From an uncultured Pseudomonadales bacterium (GTDB lineage: Bacteria; Patescibacteriota; Microgenomatia; UBA1400; CAYXSR01): a stretch of 64,000 nucleotides of DNA. The notes under the pieces were generated by a model. That model was not told where the DNA came from, ran no database searches, and was given only the letters and a program-made list of their open reading frames with translations. Below, piece by piece: positions 58,354 to 64,000 of this stretch (positions are counted from its first letter, which is position 1; every line of letters starts with the position of its first letter). The stretch is from positions 108,839-172,838 of the forward strand of contig CAYXSR010000001.1 of assembly GCA_964467735.1 (NCBI GenBank), read 5' to 3'. A program made the position numbers and the translations under genes.

Positions 58354-58531
58354 ATAAATCTCCTATTTTTCCAGAAATAAAAAAACCCGCCAAAATCTGA
58401 CGAGTTAAAAGTGTCTAAAAAAATAAAAATAGTTGTTACAAACTTAACAACCATATTTTATTTTATACCTAATTCTGGATTATGTCAACTAAAAACTCTC
58501 TGCTAATGTGTATCTGGAAGTTAATTTGTAT

Positions 58532-59089
58532 CTACGCAGATTTTTTCTCCAACCTTAGTTTTTTTCTTTTCAATGCAAGTTCTTTTATTTCTCTTCTTAC
58601 TCTTAGAATTTGAGCAAATACTTTTACTGGATCAAGAGAAAGTTCAAAACTAGCTTTATATAATGAGTTTCCACCCTTTTCTGGAAAAAAAATTTCAGCA
58701 TTTGCACTTGTTATTTGTCCTTCTTGTCCTTTTATTATCTCTATTTTTGAAAGATCACTCTTAGCTTCATCTCTCAAACCAACTGTTTCTATCTTAGGAA
58801 AATCTTTCAAGATTCCCAATCCTACCATTCTAGTTAAAATTGTTCCTGCCGATCCACTGCCTCCCTGGATTGAAGTGGAATCTGGCATATAAGAAAAAAA
58901 TAAACTTCTCCATTCTAAAATATTTGACCTTTGTGTCTCAGGATCATTTGGACTATTACAAAGTTGTTTAACTACCTTTAAAGTCTTCAATTCTTGTCTT
59001 CGAGCAGAATATTCATAATTAACTAGATGTTTTTCCGTTACAGGAGGAACTCCTTTTCCAATTACAGCTTCTTCCCTAAATTCTCCCAT
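58532..59089 (-). CDS. Hypothetical protein (185 aa)
   Basis: ORF only. GGSGSAG segment. C-terminal basic coiled-coil-like KELALKRKKLRLEKK. Confidence 0.3.
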   Translation of the reverse strand: MGEFREEAVIGKGVPPVTEKHLVNYEYSARRQELKTLKVVKQLCNSPNDPETQRSNILEWRSLFFSYMPDSTSIQGGSGSAGTILTRMVGLGILKDFPKIETVGLRDEAKSDLSKIEIIKGQEGQITSANAEIFFPEKGGNSLYKASFELSLDPVKVFAQILRVRREIKELALKRKKLRLEKKSA

Positions 59090-59109
59090 AAGATTTTTTT
59101 TAAGATAAT

Positions 59110-59820
59110 TTATTTAACAAAAAACTTAATCAACCAGCCAAACAAACTACCTGCTTGTTCTTCTGTTTGGATTTGTTCTTCTAAGGCAGTATTTTGCTGA
59201 ACCAAGGCTTCAATAAGTGCTTGAATCATGTCAATATCTCCCTGGTTAGAAAGCTGAGTTCTTATCTGTTCTAATTGTCTTATTCGTTCTTGATTCTGTT
59301 CTAATTGTCTTTGAAGATTACCGACTGCTTTATAATCAGGGCCTACTATTCTTTTCCACCATCCCTGTCTTGACTCTAGTCTGTTAAGGGCTTGTTCTGT
59401 TTCTGTCTGTGTCTGCTTTTGTTGTTGAGCAATCTCCCTAACTTGGTCACCAATCCCACCCATTCTTTCTTCAGAAGTAAGCAGCTTTTCTACTTCTTGA
59501 GCAACGATACTCATGTGATCTCTCGCGGTCTCGCTTCTAGAATCCATGGTTTTTGACTGACTGTTCTCTCCGCCTGCTTCTAAATTTTCTTGCTCTTGGG
59601 TATTAATCTGTATCTGTTGATCTTCGCCCATATTTTGAGTTTGAGTTTGGATTTGATTTTGAACTTGATCCTCCATAGGAGAAGGAGTTATTTCTTCGTA
59701 AAGAATATCTGGATTATTTTGCTGTTGGTCTGTTTGCTTTTGATTCTCAGCTAAAACATTATTAGGAAAAGCTAAAGCGAATAAAGAAAAAACTAATGAA
59801 AATAATATTATTTTTTTCAT
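59110..59820 (-). CDS. Secreted Gln/Glu-rich coiled-coil protein
   Basis: Signal peptide MKKIILFSLVFSLFALAFPNNVLA with a strong AGGAGG SD. A Q-rich low-complexity centre and a repeated RQLEQ segment encoded by a 17-bp direct repeat (59265..59281 and 59295..59311). Confidence 0.4.
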   Translation of the reverse strand: MKKIILFSLVFSLFALAFPNNVLAENQKQTDQQQNNPDILYEEITPSPMEDQVQNQIQTQTQNMGEDQQIQINTQEQENLEAGGENSQSKTMDSRSETARDHMSIVAQEVEKLLTSEERMGGIGDQVREIAQQQKQTQTETEQALNRLESRQGWWKRIVGPDYKAVGNLQRQLEQNQERIRQLEQIRTQLSNQGDIDMIQALIEALVQQNTALEEQIQTEEQAGSLFGWLIKFFVK

Positions 59821-59980
59821 TACTACCTCCTTTTTTAAATGAGAGCTTTTTAATTCTATCATAAAAGAAAGTGAGTAAAAATGGTGCTAAAATCTACAAA
59901 ACTCTCCCTTTTCATTTTTTCTAATAACTAAAGAGTGCTGATTTAATCATTAAATTGCCTAGTTTTGTATAATATAGGCT

Positions 59981-60298
59981 ATGTCAGAAAATGAATCAGA
60001 TTTTAGCCAGTTAGCTAAATTATTTGCTGAATTGCCAGTGGGGGATTTAATGGAGCTTCCTTTGGCTCTGCTTCATCCAATTATCCCCAATGATTGGCTT
60101 CAAAGTCATTCGGTGGGACCATTAGAGGTCTATCTCAGTAGTAATTCTGGTCAAATTCTCATTGATGATGGTAATCACCGATATTATGATATCTTAAGAA
60201 AATTAATGGTAACCAATGACTTTGAAGCCGTTGATCCTTCTACGCTTGTTGATGTAATGGTTCTTGTGAGAAAAGTAATTCCGGAAATTGAATGGTAG
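59981..60298 (+). CDS. Small acidic hypothetical protein
   Basis: 105-aa ORF. Preceded by an extended -10 TGTATAAT (59960..59967) only 13 nt upstream of the ATG, so the mRNA is probably leaderless or has a very short leader. Confidence 0.35.
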   Translation: MSENESDFSQLAKLFAELPVGDLMELPLALLHPIIPNDWLQSHSVGPLEVYLSSNSGQILIDDGNHRYYDILRKLMVTNDFEAVDPSTLVDVMVLVRKVIPEIEW

Positions 60299-60312
60299 CT
60301 TAAAAAAAACAA

Positions 60313-61452
60313 TTAAAATTCTTTTTTGTTTGAGTTGTTGGCACTCAAGCAGGCAATAAAAGTGGTAATTGGAACAGCTAAAATAAGACCAATACTTCCT
60401 ACTAAAATTCTGACTATTTCCTCAGCAATAATCTCATAATTTATTACTTCAGAAAATGGATGAGGATTATCAATAAAAAGAAGAAGAAGGGGTAGAGCTG
60501 CACCAGTATAAACTAAAACTAGAGTATTCACCATTGAAGCAATATGATCCCTACCAACATCCATTGCTTTCTTATATAAGTCTTTACTTTTCATTTTAGG
60601 ATTTGCTTGCTTCAACTGAAAAACAATGGCCGATTGAGAAATAGTCACATCATCCAAAATACCTAAAACACCAATAATAATTCCAGCTAATAAAAGTCCC
60701 TTTATATTAATTAATCCTTGAGTGGCAAGTTGCAAAAAACTTGCTTCTTCAGAGACAAAACCGCTTAATTTTGTAGCTTCAACAAAAATACTAGCTAGGA
60801 TTCCTGTAATAATCAAAGCAGTTGATGTTCCGACAACAGAAACCGTCGTTTTTTTATTAAAACCGTGAGAAAGATAAAATGTAATAGGAATAATAAAAAA
60901 TGAACCAATAATGGCTATTTGGATTGGGTCTGAACCTTCTAAAATCTTTGGTAAGATAAACTTAAAAATAACCAAAAAAGAAATTCCCATTCCTAAAAGA
61001 GAATTAAAACCGCGCCATCTGGCTACCAAAATAGTCAAAATAATAAAAATGAAAAATAACCAGAAAAGAGAATCTCTTCTTATATAATCAGTGATGAAAA
61101 AAATATCATTACCTTCGAAATCCTTATTAAAAGAAATTATAAGATTATCACCAAGCTTATATTTTTGAAGATTAATCATCGGAATATTGCCATTTTCAAT
61201 AACAATTTTTTGTTCCTTTAAAGATCCTTTATTCACCAAAACTTCTAATTTTTGATAAAATTGCTTTTTGTTGAATTCTGTTAAAATTTCTTTTTCTTCT
61301 AAAATACTAACTACTGTTGCTTCTAAAGATTCTTCTTGCTGTGATAACCCTGATTGAAAATCATCCTCCTGTCCAAAAACAGAATGAACAGAATTTAGAA
61401 AAAAGAAAAAAAATACAATTAAAAATATTTTAATTTTCATCTTTCTTTTCAA
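60313..61452 (-). CDS. YibE/F-like polytopic membrane protein
   Basis: Signal/TM N-terminus, an extracytoplasmic domain of about 100 aa, then 6-8 TM. This architecture is typical of the YibE/F family. 379 aa. Confidence 0.4.
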   Translation of the reverse strand: MKRKMKIKIFLIVFFFFFLNSVHSVFGQEDDFQSGLSQQEESLEATVVSILEEKEILTEFNKKQFYQKLEVLVNKGSLKEQKIVIENGNIPMINLQKYKLGDNLIISFNKDFEGNDIFFITDYIRRDSLFWLFFIFIILTILVARWRGFNSLLGMGISFLVIFKFILPKILEGSDPIQIAIIGSFFIIPITFYLSHGFNKKTTVSVVGTSTALIITGILASIFVEATKLSGFVSEEASFLQLATQGLINIKGLLLAGIIIGVLGILDDVTISQSAIVFQLKQANPKMKSKDLYKKAMDVGRDHIASMVNTLVLVYTGAALPLLLLFIDNPHPFSEVINYEIIAEEIVRILVGSIGLILAVPITTFIACLSANNSNKKEF

Positions 61453-61717
61453 TTTTTATTGCTTTTCCTTTGATAATAGCTTCAGCTATTTTTTTATAAG
61501 CGCTGTCTAGTATTCTGGCAAAAGTTGGTTGAGAAACTTTCATTTTCTTAGCCGCCTGTATTTGTTCTAAATTGTCAAGATCATGAAGTTTAATCGCTTC
61601 TAATTCGTCAGGTAGTAAAATTACTTCCTCAAGTATCCGCAAAGGAATTCCCTGAGGTTTAAAATAATAAACATCTGGCTTAAACCGCAAACAACGCGGT
61701 ATTCTTGGCCTTGTCAT
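61430..61717 (-). CDS. DUF134 (UPF0251) predicted DNA-binding protein
   Basis: MTRPRIPRCLRFKP...FKPQGIPLR...EAIKLHDLDNLEQIQAAKKMKVSQPTFARIL matches the DUF134 / sigma-70 region-4-like pattern. Start chosen at MTRPR. Confidence 0.55.
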   Translation of the reverse strand: MTRPRIPRCLRFKPDVYYFKPQGIPLRILEEVILLPDELEAIKLHDLDNLEQIQAAKKMKVSQPTFARILDSAYKKIAEAIIKGKAIKIEKKDEN

Positions 61718-61750
61718 ACTTTTTATATTCAAATTTGGAAGAAATATTTA

Positions 61751-61999
61751 TTATTCTTTTTTTAATTCCTCCTCTTCTTTTTCAACATCACTTAACTCTT
61801 CTTCTAAAGCTTTTCTATAATCACTAAGAGCTTCTAATTGGTCTTTTTTATTTTGAGGCCAACTCCAAGTAAAGTAGCGACCCAAACCTCGTCCCGTTCC
61901 AAATCTTCGTCTCCAACCCAAACCTAAACCACATGGACCAAAACCTCTACCTGTCATTGGACCCTGTCCCATAGGACCAGTTCTATCAAATCCGGGCAT
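61751..61999 (-). CDS. DUF5320-family protein
   Basis: MPGFDRTGPMGQGPMTGRGFGPCG Gly/Pro-rich N-terminus followed by an acidic coiled-coil. GGGGGTG SD 7 nt upstream of this ATG. Confidence 0.55.
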   Translation of the reverse strand: MPGFDRTGPMGQGPMTGRGFGPCGLGLGWRRRFGTGRGLGRYFTWSWPQNKKDQLEALSDYRKALEEELSDVEKEEEELKKE

Positions 62000-62043
62000 T
62001 TTTTTCACCCCCTTTCTATTATTCTATTTATGAATATATATTC

Positions 62044-62071
62044 ATTATAAAATATTTGTTAACTTTGTCAA
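62044..62071 (-). promoter_or_regulatory. Sigma-70-type promoter (TTGACA-16-TATAAT on the minus strand) for the DUF5320-DUF134-YibE/F operon
   Basis: -35 is the complement of 62066..62071 and -10 the complement of 62044..62049. Confidence 0.5.
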
Positions 62072-62091
62072 GTTTGAAAAAAATACTTAAA

Positions 62092-62123
62092 AACCTCATC
62101 CTTTTGCAAGGACGAGGTTTTTA
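62092..62123. terminator. Rho-independent terminator downstream of the CpxP-like gene
   Basis: AACCTCATCCTT-ttgc-AAGGACGAGGTT stem (one G·U pair) flanked by an A-run and a T-run. Confidence 0.6.
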
Positions 62124-62142
62124 TTCGTAAGTGTTAATACCC

Positions 62143-62607
62143 TCATTCACCAAAGCGCTTAGGACCGAAACCACCTCTTGGACCTTCACCTAAAAACATT
62201 GGACAAGAATCTAGCTCAAGTCCATTTTCTTCTGCCCACTTTTTCATTTCTTCCTGATGGGCTTCCATTTTTTCTCGTCTTTCCTCAGGTGATAAGTCTT
62301 TAAATTCTTCTCTATTAGCTTGCATCTCTTCTCTCTTGGCTAAGATTGCCTGCTTTTGTTCTTCAGTGATTTCACCTTCACTAACAGCTTGATTTAAACG
62401 TTCTTCAAAACGATTCTGCATTTGCTGATGTTGTTCCTCTCTAGCCTCATCAAAAACAGCTTTCACCTCATCTTCATTAAGTCCAAAACGCTCAACTAGC
62501 TTTTGGATAATTGGAGGATATTTGTCTGAGTTATCAGCATAGGCCTTGGTGCTGGCAAAGACAAGCAATCCTAAAGCTAAAACAAGAATAATAATTAGTT
62601 TTTTCAT
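62143..62607 (-). CDS. Secreted CpxP/Spy-like (LTxxQ-motif) protein with a Gly/Pro-rich C-terminus
   Basis: Signal peptide MKKLIIILVLALGLLVFASTKAYA. Helical E/Q-rich body with ITEEQKQAI (LTxxQ-like). C-terminal GEGPRGGFGPKRFGE. Strong AGGAGGTG SD. Confidence 0.45.
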   Translation of the reverse strand: MKKLIIILVLALGLLVFASTKAYADNSDKYPPIIQKLVERFGLNEDEVKAVFDEAREEQHQQMQNRFEERLNQAVSEGEITEEQKQAILAKREEMQANREEFKDLSPEERREKMEAHQEEMKKWAEENGLELDSCPMFLGEGPRGGFGPKRFGE

Positions 62608-62733
62608 TTTTTCACCTCCTTTCTATATTCTCTAAACTTCAGTGTTATTTTTAAGATGACTCTGCCCAACACTGAATTAATTAACAAATTAATAATAATT
62701 AGTAAATCTGAAAAAACGCTTAGAAAGAAAGAC

Positions 62734-63804
62734 TTAGAAATGTTTCAGTGGTAATTTAATTGTGAAAGTAGTCCCTTTATCTAAAATACTAGAAACCTTA
62801 ATCGAACCATTATGGATTTCAATAATTCTTTTAGCCAACGAAAGACCTAAACCATAACCAGTAATATTTTCTTTAGATCGGGATTGATCAACGCGATAGA
62901 GTCTTTCAAAAATAAAAGGAATGTCTTTTTTGGGAATCCCAATACCATTATCTTTGATTTGTAAAATCAATTGTTTTTTATCTATTCTTGTAGTCATGGT
63001 TATCTTTCCTTTTTTAGGAGTATATTTTATGGCATTATCAAGAAAGATAAGAATCATTTCTTCTAAGATCTCTTTGTTTGCTTGAATATTTTGTTTTTTA
63101 GCCCTAATTTTTATTTCGATATTCTTTTTTTTAGCTAAAGGTAGGACTTTTCGATAAGCATTTTTAACCACTCGGGACATTTCAATATTTTCAAAAATAA
63201 GATTTTTACCATTATTTTGGAGATTAGCTAAATTTAAAAGACTGTTGCTTAAAGACTGTAAACCATCAATATCTTCTAAATTACTTTTTATTATTTTCTT
63301 TGCTTTTAATAACGACAATTTTTTATCTCTTAAGGCTACCTCCATTGAGGTTTTCAAAGTAGTTAAAGGAGTTCGAAATTCATGAGAGGCATCAGCAACA
63401 AACCTTTTCTGTTCTTCCATTACTCCTTCAATTGGTCTTAGTGTTTTACCTGCTAAAAAATAACCCGCTAAGGTCGATATTCCTAAAATCCCTCCATTAA
63501 GGATTAATAAACTTAAAACCAATCGTTCTTTAGCCGTTTGAAGATCTTCAATAAACAAAACACGCGCTGGTTTTTCTCTTAATTCAAAAGGCAAGTCTTC
63601 TAATCGAGCAGAAAAACGCCTTGGCAAAGGAATATTTAATTCTTCTGCTCTTAGTCTTAATTCTGCCATATGAAAACCTCTTTCTAATTCTCCCAATACT
63701 CTCACATAAATAACTATGCTAAAAAGAATACTAATAACCATAATGATTAAAAGATACCAACCGGTTAGTTTTAGTCGAGCTGATTGAAATATTGATTGAA
63801 ACAC
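62734..63804 (-). CDS. Sensor histidine kinase (two TM, small extracytoplasmic loop)
   Basis: H-box ADASHEFRTPLTTL, N-box LDNAIKYT, G-boxes DNGIGIP and GYGLGLSLA. GTG start overlapping the upstream response-regulator stop by 1 nt. Confidence 0.85.
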   Translation of the reverse strand: MFQSIFQSARLKLTGWYLLIIMVISILFSIVIYVRVLGELERGFHMAELRLRAEELNIPLPRRFSARLEDLPFELREKPARVLFIEDLQTAKERLVLSLLILNGGILGISTLAGYFLAGKTLRPIEGVMEEQKRFVADASHEFRTPLTTLKTSMEVALRDKKLSLLKAKKIIKSNLEDIDGLQSLSNSLLNLANLQNNGKNLIFENIEMSRVVKNAYRKVLPLAKKKNIEIKIRAKKQNIQANKEILEEMILIFLDNAIKYTPKKGKITMTTRIDKKQLILQIKDNGIGIPKKDIPFIFERLYRVDQSRSKENITGYGLGLSLAKRIIEIHNGSIKVSSILDKGTTFTIKLPLKHF

Positions 63805-64000
63805 TATTTGTTTTCTCCAATTCGGTAACCAAAACCTCTTAAGGTTTGAATAAGAGAAGGTTTATTTTTAAATGGTTTATCAATTTTATTTCTTAAATAA
63901 CCAATATAAACTTCAACTGTGTTCGGCAACACATCAGCATCATAGTCCCAAACATGGTTAATAATTTGATTTTTAGAAAGAACTTTGCCTTTATATCTTA
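63804..64000 (-). CDS. OmpR-family response regulator (3' part only; gene continues beyond the window end)
   Basis: The minus-strand translation ends ...IQTLRGFGYRIGENK*, a winged-helix OmpR/PhoB C-terminal signature. Confidence 0.75.
   Translation of the reverse strand, partial: RYKGKVLSKNQIINHVWDYDADVLPNTVEVYIGYLRNKIDKPFKNKPSLIQTLRGFGYRIGENK

Overview
AT-rich (roughly 30% GC), very gene-dense 64-kb window. Both strands are used, with short intergenic spacers and many 1-14 nt gene overlaps, including ATGA-type coupling. TGA is used as a stop codon, so this is the standard bacterial code. The gene content (LCP, FemAB, class-A PBPs, L,D-transpeptidase, ADP-forming acetyl-CoA synthetase, non-oxidative pentose-phosphate genes, a small cytoplasmic [NiFe] hydrogenase, many polytopic glycosyltransferases, K/N/I-rich proteins) suggests an uncultured reduced-genome bacterium with a Gram-positive-type envelope, possibly from the Candidate Phyla Radiation. 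That is an inference only.

Main blocks, in order:
(1) Three tandem paralogous polytopic membrane proteins, an LCP protein, a UvrD-like helicase, and two tandem FemAB-family transferases.
(2) A minus-strand DNA-repair cluster: rmuC, a UvrD-helicase/Cas4-like FeS nuclease fusion, uvrB, uvrA and uvrC.
(3) yerC-metG-tatD.
(4) A cell-envelope glycan cluster: a processive GT2, two ArnT/PMT-like GT-C proteins, a WecA/MraY-family phosphosugar transferase, and a UbiA-family protein resembling decaprenyl-phosphate phosphoribosyltransferase.
(5) A tRNA-Cys(GCA)-like element abutting hypC, then a DMT transporter, an unknown ORF, and a two-subunit cytoplasmic [NiFe] hydrogenase whose large subunit ends exactly at the C-terminal His of DPCxxCxxH.
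(6) An M23 peptidase and groES-groEL with a non-CIRCE inverted repeat in the leader.
(7) Two tandem class-A PBP genes that share a 462-bp block of perfect nucleotide identity inside otherwise diverged sequences, followed by a beta-lactamase-like gene.
(8) tktA/tktB-rpe-gap-rpiB, a LOG-family gene, an RskA-like membrane protein, a GNAT gene, L25 with an acidic tail, an L,D-transpeptidase, and a thioredoxin/DsbD-like pair.
(9) glyA and an ADP-forming acetyl-CoA synthetase.
(10) A region from about 57.6 kb onwards: a HIT/GalT-like protein, unknown and secreted Q-rich proteins, a YibE/F-DUF134-DUF5320 operon, a CpxP/Spy-like secreted protein, and a histidine kinase plus OmpR-type response regulator. 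The 57.6-60.3 kb part of this region stands out by GC content and amino-acid usage.

No CRISPR array, rRNA or obvious transposase was seen.
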